DNA of 64,000 bases from Obrimoposthia wandeli (Eukaryota), in the NCBI GenBank assembly GCA_977020255.1, contig CDROCS010004085.1, positions 62,001-126,000 on the forward strand, read 5' to 3'. Below the pieces are notes generated by a model that saw only the letters and a list, made by a program, of their open reading frames with translations, did not search any database and had not been told where the DNA came from. A program made the translations under genes and the position numbers. Below, one piece after another: positions 1 through 8,273 of the stretch. Position 1 is the stretch's first letter. The number at the start of each line of letters is the position of its first letter.

Positions 1-117
1 AAGTTTATGGCCTGTGTTGTCTCTAAATATGGCGAAAATCGATGCCTGCATTGGCTTACAGTATTAGCGCATTTAGAAACTGCAACGTATGAAGAACTTA
101 ACCAACTCCTGAATTAA
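1..117 (+). CDS. 3' end of an unidentified CDS running in from the window edge (KFMACVVSKYGENRCLHWLTVLAHLETATYEELNQLLN*)
   Basis: Open frame from base 1 to tandem TAA TAA stops at 115-120; too short to assign a product. Confidence 0.35.
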   Translation, partial: KFMACVVSKYGENRCLHWLTVLAHLETATYEELNQLLN

Positions 118-259
118 TAACGGGAGTATCCAATGGTATTGTTATTAAGATTATTCTTGGAGAGGGTTGCGGGTGGTTTGGGAATGGCTTTGTAAGGCTA
201 GCTAAGATATTCCGGTTTCGGTTATTTTGATTATTATGCCCAGCCTTACATTAGTGGTA

Positions 260-322
260 ATGGAATATTGAACGTTATCTCAATCGTTAGCTTTCGGTTT
301 TGTTCGTATGTATTAGTCTTAT
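260..322. repeat. 63-bp direct repeat, copy 1 (copy 2 at 917-979)
   Basis: atggaatattgaacg(t/c)tatctcaatcgttagctttcggttttgttcgtatgtattagtcttat occurs twice with one mismatch; a 22-bp block ctttgtaaggctag(c/t)taagata precedes each copy (188-209 and 879-900). Confidence 0.9.
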
Positions 323-438
323 GTTGTTGCTTCATTCGTGGCAAGTCGTCAGGGGTGTGAGCTGAAAGATGACCCATTGAATTATTTACGTTGAACCGAC
401 GATAGCCAAGCTGAGATTGTCGCCTTGTTGTCCAAATA

Positions 439-790
439 CATGCCTTGAGTTCTATCATCGTTATTGTGATGCTGCTAACCAGCTTCATTATGGCAATGGT
501 GTGTAAGGTTCGAATCAAGAAAGCGCCGATATGGTGCAGATGGTGATCTCGGTAGTTTGTTGCTTTATCGGCGTGCATATTCTAATACTGGCGGGTGATA
601 ACCTTAGTCTTTTTTGTACATCGGCTTTGCTGTTTAGCCAAGGGGCAACCAGTGCTTTGTTAGTGCCAATTGCAGCGTCGCTGAATGTTGATCCGGCTGC
701 AATCGGCCAGTAGCGGTGAGCGCGCTGCATACCCAACAACGGCTTTCGCTATTGCAACGGATGACACTGGCTCTTTTCTCAGAATAACCA
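439..790 (+). pseudogene. Decayed C-terminal fragment of a DcuA/DcuB-family anaerobic C4-dicarboxylate transporter
   Basis: Pieces in different frames: IIVIVMLLTSFIMAMVCKV, VISVVCCFIGV, TSALLFSQGATSALLVPIAASLNVDP, YPTTAFAIATDDTGSF. These are collinear with recalled DcuA motifs IIMLSVATLTTVICKV, GMSACICILGV, ASALLYSQAATAKALMPMALALNVSP, YPTLVAAVQMDDTGT. Confidence 0.7.
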
Positions 791-916
791 TCCGTTCTTT
801 CTTGTGTTGCAGCTGTACCGTTCGGTTTTGTACTGGCGAATATTTTTGTTTAACAGATCCAAACAATGGTGTTATTGCCTTTGTAAGGCTAGTTAAGATA
901 ATTGAACTCAGTGAAC

Positions 917-979
917 ATGGAATATTGAACGCTATCTCAATCGTTAGCTTTCGGTTTTGTTCGTATGTATTAGTCTTAT
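917..979. repeat. 63-bp direct repeat, copy 2
   Basis: 62/63 identical to 260-322. Confidence 0.9.
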
Positions 980-1014
980 CATACTTGAATTATGTTTAGG
1001 CTGAGAGTAAATAC

Positions 1015-2232
1015 ATGCTGAGTTCTATGAGTATGGCTGGCGAACGAATTAAATGGCTTAGTGTTAAGCTTTTACTAATCATAACCTTATCTTTTTCGTT
1101 TGTTGGACATGCAGAAGATCGTGATCTTCGTGCTTTTCAGCATGGCTTAGATATTCTGCCGTTACCGAATGGTCACTATGTATCAATTTGGTCTTCTGTT
1201 GTATCAGAGAAATTACAGCTAACAAATAATGATGAGGAATGGAGCCATGACGTATATATGGCTTCATTTTCTAATGTCTCTACACGACTCTCTCCTGAAT
1301 TATTAATCTCTGCGCCTGATCATACCGCTCAAGAGCCAGCGAGTTCTGCTATAAGCCGTGATGGTCATATTATGGTGACGATGGAAGATGCTTATCAGGC
1401 TAAGCATGAATTAATGCAATCTTACGCTGTGTTTGATACTCAATTTAATTCGATAGCCCCTTATCAACAAGTTGCTTTTGATGGTGGGCATTCGGGGCAT
1501 GTTGCTGCTGTTGATAATCACTTTGTTATCTTCTTTTCTGAAGGCTGGGTAGACGGTGGTGGGGTTGATGATCTTGGTTCGGGTGATGATGTATTACTGA
1601 AAACCTATAATTCAATAGGAAAAGAGCTCGCGCAGCTTTCGGTATCTGTTGGTGAAAATCATCGTGATTGGTGGCCAATGTTAGCGGGTTCTCGGCGCGT
1701 TGCACTTCTAGTCTGGCAGCGATTTATTGATGATAAAACGGATGCCCAATTAATGTATTCAGTTTATGACCCAATAAAAAATACATTGATCAAACAACCC
1801 ATAGCACTTCGCGGTGATGTTCAGTACTACACGTATGACGTGCAATTTTTACCCACTATCAATCGATTTTTAATTACAGGTACAGCAGACGATAATACGG
1901 GTTTCGCATACTTAATTGATGAGCAAGGGTTCGTTGTAAATACACTCAATACGCTACCCCCTTTTGTTCGTGAAGCGCAGCCTGCGATTATTGGTTTAAA
2001 TAGAGCGGGGCAAGATACGGCAATAGAAAGAGTCGTCTATCCCATTGCTCCATCGGGTTTGCTTGTACTTGATGTGAATAACACCAATATTAAATTAAAA
2101 CAGCGAATAAATGATCCATATTTATGGCAATACATCGGTACTGATGGGGTGTTTTTAGACGAGCAAACCGTTTATTTTCACACATTGTCGCAATATGGAT
2201 TAAAAGAAAAGCGTTGGCATATTCCCAAATAA
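1015..2232 (+). CDS. Exported hypothetical protein, possibly beta-propeller-like
   Basis: 405-aa ORF; signal-peptide-like segment LLLIITLSFSFVGHA-ED; beta-rich repeating character; exact start uncertain. Confidence 0.7.
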   Translation: MLSSMSMAGERIKWLSVKLLLIITLSFSFVGHAEDRDLRAFQHGLDILPLPNGHYVSIWSSVVSEKLQLTNNDEEWSHDVYMASFSNVSTRLSPELLISAPDHTAQEPASSAISRDGHIMVTMEDAYQAKHELMQSYAVFDTQFNSIAPYQQVAFDGGHSGHVAAVDNHFVIFFSEGWVDGGGVDDLGSGDDVLLKTYNSIGKELAQLSVSVGENHRDWWPMLAGSRRVALLVWQRFIDDKTDAQLMYSVYDPIKNTLIKQPIALRGDVQYYTYDVQFLPTINRFLITGTADDNTGFAYLIDEQGFVVNTLNTLPPFVREAQPAIIGLNRAGQDTAIERVVYPIAPSGLLVLDVNNTNIKLKQRINDPYLWQYIGTDGVFLDEQTVYFHTLSQYGLKEKRWHIPK

Positions 2233-2487
2233 TGCTTTGTTGATGAGGTATTGATTCTTCCAAAAAAGACAACTGATATTAGCAATATATTGATAGTATT
2301 TTTATTGTCTCACGAATCAGAACTAAGACCTGTAATTTGGATATATCCTTATTGATAGGGTGGATATATTAACAAAATTAAGTTTTTTAACTGCTTTGTG
2401 GTTAAAAAAGAATATAACGACTTATCCTTGTTGAGATAGATACCTGTACAAATTAATTATAATGAGTTTGCTAGGTTTGGGTATCTT

Positions 2488-3849
2488 ATGACTACTTCCA
2501 ATGTATTGGTTATGGTCGTTGTTTTGGCTGCTGTTGTTGCCTGTAACGATAGTTCTGATGACATATTAGCTAACGACGATCTGAATAATGAAACCCCGAC
2601 TGTTGTTTCTGATAGCACTGACAATGCAGAAGATAGTGCTGAAAATACTGAGGGGAATAATACCTCTCCGCCTGACGATACTATTGATCCATCACCAGTA
2701 GACCCACCAGCAGAAGAACCGACAGTACCGCTATTGGATAAGGATGGGTTACCACTGCCAAATTTGAGTATTAACCACGATTATGAAGCTTATTTAAATG
2801 CGAGACCAAGCTATTACATGGACGCAGGTGCGCGCTTTGGTAATGTGATCGATCAAGATAATACGCCATCAGACAATCAGGTTACTAATGCGGGGGCAAC
2901 GCTTGGTCGAGTACTTTTCTACGATATTCGCTTGTCGGTTAATAATGCTGTTGCTTGTGCATCTTGCCATATTCAACAGCATGGATTCTCTGATCCTGAA
3001 GTGCTGAGTAATGGTTTTGATGGTGGTAAAACAGGTCGTCATTCTATGGCGTTAACCAATGCCACTTATTATTCTAGAGGGCGTTTCTTTTGGGATGAAC
3101 GAGCGGGTACGCTAGAAGAACAGGTGCTAATGCCCATTCAAGATAGTGTTGAAATGGGAATGAATTTATTCGACCTTGAAGTTAAATTAGGGCTAACCAG
3201 TTTTTATGCCTCTCTATTTTTAGCGGCATTCGATGATGATGCCATTACCAGCGATCGTATATCAAGAGCACTCGCGCAGTTTATTCGCTCTATGGTGAGT
3301 TATGGTTCTAAATATGATCAAGCTTTTACGGTAGGAGGTTCTGATACCCCAGATTTTAGTGCTGTTTTTTCTGATCAAGAATTATTAGGCTTACGTCTTT
3401 TTTCTGGTGTACCAGATGATAATTCAGATTCACTTGGCTGCGATACGTGTCATGACACATCAGCGCATGCGGCTGATAATACGCATGTGAATGGATTAGA
3501 TGCCAATACAAGCGCAGATCAAGGCGCTGGCGGTGGTTTCTTTAAAGTGCCCTCATTGCGTAATATCGCGGTACGAGCCCCTTACATGCACGATGGTCGG
3601 TTTAGTAATCTAGCCGAGGTGATTGAATTTTATAATAGCGGTGTTCAGGCGCACCCTAATTTAGCCCCAGCACTGAGGCGAAGGAATGCTTCTAATGGTC
3701 GTCCGGTGCAGTTTAATCTTAATCAAGCAGAGAAAGAGGCGTTAGTGGTGTTTCTTGAAGCATTAACAGACGAAGCGTTTTTAGTGAATCCGATCTTCAG
3801 TAACCCTTTTCCTGAGGTTATAAATGAAGAAAGCGAGCCCGAATCATAA
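2488..3849 (+). CDS. Di-haem cytochrome c peroxidase/MauG-family lipoprotein
   Basis: Two CxxCH motifs (CASCH, CDTCH), LGRVLFYDxRLS, FFWDERA, FKVPSLRN..APYMHDGRF; lipobox-like VVAC followed by an acidic/Pro-rich linker. Confidence 0.9.
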   Translation: MTTSNVLVMVVVLAAVVACNDSSDDILANDDLNNETPTVVSDSTDNAEDSAENTEGNNTSPPDDTIDPSPVDPPAEEPTVPLLDKDGLPLPNLSINHDYEAYLNARPSYYMDAGARFGNVIDQDNTPSDNQVTNAGATLGRVLFYDIRLSVNNAVACASCHIQQHGFSDPEVLSNGFDGGKTGRHSMALTNATYYSRGRFFWDERAGTLEEQVLMPIQDSVEMGMNLFDLEVKLGLTSFYASLFLAAFDDDAITSDRISRALAQFIRSMVSYGSKYDQAFTVGGSDTPDFSAVFSDQELLGLRLFSGVPDDNSDSLGCDTCHDTSAHAADNTHVNGLDANTSADQGAGGGFFKVPSLRNIAVRAPYMHDGRFSNLAEVIEFYNSGVQAHPNLAPALRRRNASNGRPVQFNLNQAEKEALVVFLEALTDEAFLVNPIFSNPFPEVINEESEPES

Positions 3850-3909
3850 ATGATGATTCGACTCGCCAGTGTAAATAGGTGCTGCAAAGGTGTTTTGGTA
3901 TGGGAGGCT

Positions 3910-4533
3910 TTATCCACCCCATCCTTTACTACCTGATGATGATTTACTGCTGCTCCAACTCGATTTCGCTGAAACCGTTGAGCCAAATCCGCCACGAGAG
4001 ATCGTACGGCTAACCGTAGCCTTGGGTTTCATTTGATCTTTCGATACACGTACTTTGGTTTTTTTATAGCTGCTACGACCGTAATCATTACCGTCAGCCG
4101 TTGTCCAGCGATCATAAAAAACACTACCAGGGTATGATGAACGGAACATCGGTTGTGAATAATACCCACGGCTGTTGTTGTTAATCATCCGGCTGAACAT
4201 GAAGCCCGCCATCGCAGGCATAAACCAATTATTCTGTTGTGATTGCACACAAGCATTGTTACCAAACTCGGCAGAACAATCATTTTGCGTTTGATATTTC
4301 GGTGCAGTGCGTTCTGCTTCTGTTAGGGCATTTTGATAGGCAGCTTGGCATTCACTGGTGTAACTAGGGTTGTCATCGACGCAATCGTTTAACCCTTGAT
4401 AAATGGATGCTTCACTACTGTTATCTGTACATCCAGATAAAATACCCGCAAAAGCCACTGTGACTGGCGCAACAGAATATGTGCGCCAATTTTTTCGCAT
4501 ACTGGCTAGTACAACCTGATTACTTCGTTTCAT
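3910..4533 (-). CDS. yjfM: DUF1190 family lipoprotein (YjfM/YgiB-like)
   Basis: LSGC lipobox, C..A...A...APKY....C.AEFG..AC, FMPAMAGFM, SRGGFG and Ser/Gly tail; start taken at MKRSNQ (4533). Confidence 0.85.
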   Translation of the reverse strand: MKRSNQVVLASMRKNWRTYSVAPVTVAFAGILSGCTDNSSEASIYQGLNDCVDDNPSYTSECQAAYQNALTEAERTAPKYQTQNDCSAEFGNNACVQSQQNNWFMPAMAGFMFSRMINNNSRGYYSQPMFRSSYPGSVFYDRWTTADGNDYGRSSYKKTKVRVSKDQMKPKATVSRTISRGGFGSTVSAKSSWSSSKSSSGSKGWGG

Positions 4534-4544
4534 TTTGGCTGCTC

Positions 4545-4961
4545 CTAGTAAGTCATACAAGCGGCATTCAGTAGACCAACAGATACAGAGGTTGCTGCCA
4601 TAAGAATACCAGCTGGTACCTCACCTGCTTCAATACGTTCAACAATTTTTGGCATAAAACCAAAGCGAACGATAACGAAAGCAATAAGTTGAGCAAGCAA
4701 AGCCACAATACCCCAAACGGCAAAGTCGATTAAGTTAACCGAGTTACTGGCAGCACTTGCAATCGCAATGCTGTAACCAATAATTGAACCCGCTAACGCG
4801 ATTGCCGCCGCGATATTTTTGTCTTCTTTAACCAGTTTCCATTCGTCGTGTGGCGTAATACGCACATAGACAAATTTAAACAACATCAAGAAAGCCAGTG
4901 ACATTAAGAAATATAGAAAAAAAGAGCCAAGGCCTGCCAGTGAATTTGCTAAAACATCCAT
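4545..4961 (-). CDS. yjfL: DUF350 membrane protein (YjfL-like)
   Basis: Four hydrophobic segments, ITPHDEWKLVKEDKNIAAAIALAG motif, operon context. Confidence 0.85.
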   Translation of the reverse strand: MDVLANSLAGLGSFFLYFLMSLAFLMLFKFVYVRITPHDEWKLVKEDKNIAAAIALAGSIIGYSIAIASAASNSVNLIDFAVWGIVALLAQLIAFVIVRFGFMPKIVERIEAGEVPAGILMAATSVSVGLLNAACMTY

Positions 4962-4992
4962 GTGGATTCCTAAATAAGTAAGTAATTACAAA

Positions 4993-5628
4993 CTAGCCAA
5001 TGAGCTTAAAGTCTGTAGGGGATAGATTAATACCTGTGCTCGTGGATAAGCAGCGTTCGGCACGGTTGTGGATTATCTTTTCTTCGCCTGACACCAAAAC
5101 AGATTCAGAAATGTCATTGCCCACTTCACGTTCATAGATCATAACAAATTGATCAGTTTCGCTAATAGAACCATTTTCGAGCCATGTTTTTTCTGTCATC
5201 GCGACGGGTTTACTATTGTCCCATACTTTATCAAATGTATGGCCTTCGAGTTCCCACGTTGGTTGTACAATTTGATTATGGAGTAAATGTTTCCATTCCG
5301 ATTCAGTATCAATAGGTTTGGTATCGTAGAAGTAATACAGTTTTACTTCACTGACATCGGCTTCTGTTTCACCTTGGGTTAACACCTGAATAAAGCCTTC
5401 GTCATCCGTGTAATAACGGATTAAACGCGTTTGCTCATCAAGTTGAACGACACCTACAGCTTTAATAAGCTGAGTACGCGATGCCCCTTCGATAACAAGG
5501 TCGGGTTCGATAAGGCGAAGTTTAAGATCATCGAGTTCAAATGCCCCACCAAGCCTTAATCCTAAGATTTCAGGGCTTTTAGGTACGCTAACTTCAGGCG
5601 TTGTTTTCTTTTTAAACCAATTAAACAT
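4993..5628 (-). CDS. yjfK: DUF2491 family protein (YjfK-like)
   Basis: LGLRLGGAFELD, RYYTDDEGFIQV, operon context. Confidence 0.8.
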   Translation of the reverse strand: MFNWFKKKTTPEVSVPKSPEILGLRLGGAFELDDLKLRLIEPDLVIEGASRTQLIKAVGVVQLDEQTRLIRYYTDDEGFIQVLTQGETEADVSEVKLYYFYDTKPIDTESEWKHLLHNQIVQPTWELEGHTFDKVWDNSKPVAMTEKTWLENGSISETDQFVMIYEREVGNDISESVLVSGEEKIIHNRAERCLSTSTGINLSPTDFKLIG

Positions 5629-5672
5629 GTTGGTTCCTAAACGGTTTCAGAAGAATATCAAATAGAGTTGTA

Positions 5673-6698
5673 CTATTTCCAATTGAACTTGTTAATACGT
5701 TCATCAGAGATATAAAAAAGTTTAGCCTCTGGTGGTACTTCACGCTGTAGCGAAGGGTTCAGCTCTACGCCATTCCCCGTATCAATCGCAATGAGAGTCG
5801 CATCGTGTTCTTGCTTAAAGAGCGTGAATAAAATATCGATAGTCGTAATGGCTGAGCCACTTGGGTAGGTGACCGAGTATTGAGTCATGCCTTGATCTGT
5901 ACTCAGTAATTCGTGGTGTAACTCGCTTGAACCAGGGTCGACAGCTGCTTTTGCTAGCATTTCTACCGCGACAGAAGGAATGCATTCAGCATTCGGGCAA
6001 TGCTGCTTAAGTAACTGGCTCAAGGATTCGTCATTGAAATAGGCAAGTAGGTGTGCAGTAGGATTCTTAGTGGCGCAGTATAAGGCTGCCGATAGTGTGA
6101 CGTCGTCTTCAGGATTATCAATCACAATACAGCTTGCTTGTTCAATGCTTGCTCGTGCCATACCTTCATTATCGGTAAAGCTCGCCACACGGACAAATTC
6201 AACTTCACCCGGTAATGGGTTTTCTATTTCAGGGCGCACGCATAATACGATAGGGCGGTTGCCTCTTTCTTCATGTTGCAGCATTTTTATCAGATGCAAG
6301 GTGCGTTGTGCATTCCAGCCAAGCACTAAAATATGATTGTCCACTTTAAGACTCCGTCTTCCCAACAGGCCACTTTTCCAATAAGAAATGAAAAACCCTG
6401 CAATACGCCCAACACCGAGTGCAAATAACCCAAGGCCACCGGGAATAATGAATAAAGAAACGACCCACTTACCCATCGCAGTCGCTGGTGACATGTCACC
6501 ATAGCCAACTGTTGATGCTGTTACGAATAGATAATAAACAAAATCGGTAAGTGAGTGCGTAAGTGCACGCTCACCGGCTATCACAAGTAATAGCCAGCTT
6601 ATTGCACTATAACCAAGCAAGGTAAGTAAGAGGTTTCGTCCATTCAACTGCCCTAAGTTTTTTACGGCCCAACGTTGAAAGAGAATCCATATCGACAT
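5673..6698 (-). CDS. Two-TM potassium channel with cytoplasmic RCK/TrkA-N domain
   Basis: K+ selectivity filter TASTVGYGD between two TM helices; HILVLGWN RCK start. Confidence 0.9.
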   Translation of the reverse strand: MSIWILFQRWAVKNLGQLNGRNLLLTLLGYSAISWLLLVIAGERALTHSLTDFVYYLFVTASTVGYGDMSPATAMGKWVVSLFIIPGGLGLFALGVGRIAGFFISYWKSGLLGRRSLKVDNHILVLGWNAQRTLHLIKMLQHEERGNRPIVLCVRPEIENPLPGEVEFVRVASFTDNEGMARASIEQASCIVIDNPEDDVTLSAALYCATKNPTAHLLAYFNDESLSQLLKQHCPNAECIPSVAVEMLAKAAVDPGSSELHHELLSTDQGMTQYSVTYPSGSAITTIDILFTLFKQEHDATLIAIDTGNGVELNPSLQREVPPEAKLFYISDERINKFNWK

Positions 6699-6749
6699 TA
6701 ATTACCTCCTTGTCGCTATCCTTCAATATTATAATGAAGGATAGTCTAA

Positions 6750-7436
6750 TTACTTACCTAAAATACGCGCAAGTTCATCTTCTGCCGATGATTTTCCGCC
6801 TGCTGTGATACCAGCTTCAGCCAGTTTCTTATCAAGGCTACTACCCGATTGCTCTTCAGCCATTTCTGCTGCAGCTTCAAGTTGTGCAGATTTCTCTGTT
6901 TGGCGTTGTTTAATACGATCTAGTGATTCAACAGCAGTGTGCATTTTAGCATTGGCACCTACGTTAGTTGCCGATACTGCTGATTGTGCTTTTTGTACCG
7001 CTTCGTTAGCTTTAACGATATCAACTTGTTGTTCTAGTTGGCGTAGTTTGTCTTTTGCTTGTGCAATATTAGTGCGCATGCTTTGTTCTGATTTAATAAA
7101 CTGATCAAGGTATGTTTGTTCAGCTTGCTGTTCGTTACGCAGTGCCGCCACTTTATGTGCACATTCAAGAGCCAGTTCTTGTTGGCCTTTTTCCATTGCG
7201 CCACGTGCATGGCCTTCATACTCTGTAATGCCGTTGTTGAATGCTTCCACTTTCTGTTGTGACATCTTACGCTTTGCAACAATACTAACAAGTGCTTCGT
7301 CTGAACGGCGAAGTTCCTGTTTTGCTTCACGGATTTCTTGATCAAGAATACGCAGTGCCTGACCATCAGCTACAGATTCAGCTGCGTCGTTTGCTCCGCC
7401 TTTAATTGCGGTAAATAATTTTTTCCAAACGCTCAT
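6750..7436 (-). CDS. yjfJ: PspA/IM30 (Vipp1/ESCRT-III superfamily) protein, YjfJ-like
   Basis: N-terminal amphipathic MSVWKKLFTAIKG, LRILDQEIRE, long coiled coil, SLDKKLAEAGI. Confidence 0.9.
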   Translation of the reverse strand: MSVWKKLFTAIKGGANDAAESVADGQALRILDQEIREAKQELRRSDEALVSIVAKRKMSQQKVEAFNNGITEYEGHARGAMEKGQQELALECAHKVAALRNEQQAEQTYLDQFIKSEQSMRTNIAQAKDKLRQLEQQVDIVKANEAVQKAQSAVSATNVGANAKMHTAVESLDRIKQRQTEKSAQLEAAAEMAEEQSGSSLDKKLAEAGITAGGKSSAEDELARILGK

Positions 7437-7834
7437 TATACTGTCTCCGCTAGGTGTTCTTGGTAAAGTTCGATAAATGCTTCTACATTTCGGAATAACG
7501 TTGCTACTTCAATAACAACACTTTGTGCATTGGATTGTGAAGATAAAGAACCAAATGCAATGTAATAGCTGTGACCATCAATGGTATTAAGACCAATGGT
7601 CGATAATGGGAAGATCATGTGCGTGCGTAAGATCTCATCGTTTAACGCATTCACATCTTTTACTTGGTCTTGTGGAAATAATAATACTTCAACAAGAATC
7701 TGCTCACCCGCAACGGCAAGGTACGCTTCGATGTTATCTTCATTACGAAGAACAAGCGTTTGCTCATTGGTTTCAATCTGCCAACCTTCATGCTCGCTTA
7801 GAATCGGAAGAAGATCTGATAATTGCAACGTCAT
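7436..7834 (-). CDS. yjfI: DUF2170 family protein (YjfI-like)
   Basis: ILRTHMIFPLSTIG, YYIAFGSLSSQS; stop overlaps the pspA-like start. Confidence 0.8.
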   Translation of the reverse strand: MTLQLSDLLPILSEHEGWQIETNEQTLVLRNEDNIEAYLAVAGEQILVEVLLFPQDQVKDVNALNDEILRTHMIFPLSTIGLNTIDGHSYYIAFGSLSSQSNAQSVVIEVATLFRNVEAFIELYQEHLAETV

Positions 7835-8197
7835 AGTCGATACCTTATATGTGAGGAGTAATACTTACTTTACGCTTTTTTGCCTGTACATAGGCATAAT
7901 AACCAGTTGTTTTATTAGGTTCGTTAAGTACGTAAATGTTCAATCTGATATTCAATATACCTGAATGATGTAGAGCATATCCTACAGTATGAATTTATAG
8001 TGTTAAAAAATCAGAATATTTCTGCAATTTTGATGTTTTTTTGTGACCAAATGTGAAGTTTGAGTCGAATGGTAAATATAACACGGTGCGTTATTAGGTT
8101 ACGGGTATATACATCATTAATTTTGTTGGTTTATTGAGTGAATGCTTTTGATGAGCATAGCGAAAAAGTGCTGAGAATGAGCAGCATAACTTAGGCG

Positions 8198-8227
8198 AAA
8201 AAAAACCGAGCGTAAACTCGGTTTTTA
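8198..8227 (-). terminator. Rho-independent terminator downstream of tkt
   Basis: aaaaaaaaccgag-cgtaaa-ctcggttttt hairpin with A/T tracts. Confidence 0.75.
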
Positions 8228-8273
8228 TAGAGAAAGAGACAATCCGTTCTTTCTACCGTTATTTATTCAACAA

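Noticed and set aside
131-330. Integron attC/VCR site (ggtttcggtt..ttg resembles the VCR loop)
   Set aside because: No convincing paired RYYYAAC/GTTRRRY boxes flanking a full-length hairpin, and no cassette array or integrase in view
246-999. ORF-track ORFs 246-578, 515-739, 531-713, 660-866 and 685-999 as real genes
   Set aside because: Explained by the repeats and the frameshifted dcu remnant; no coherent protein
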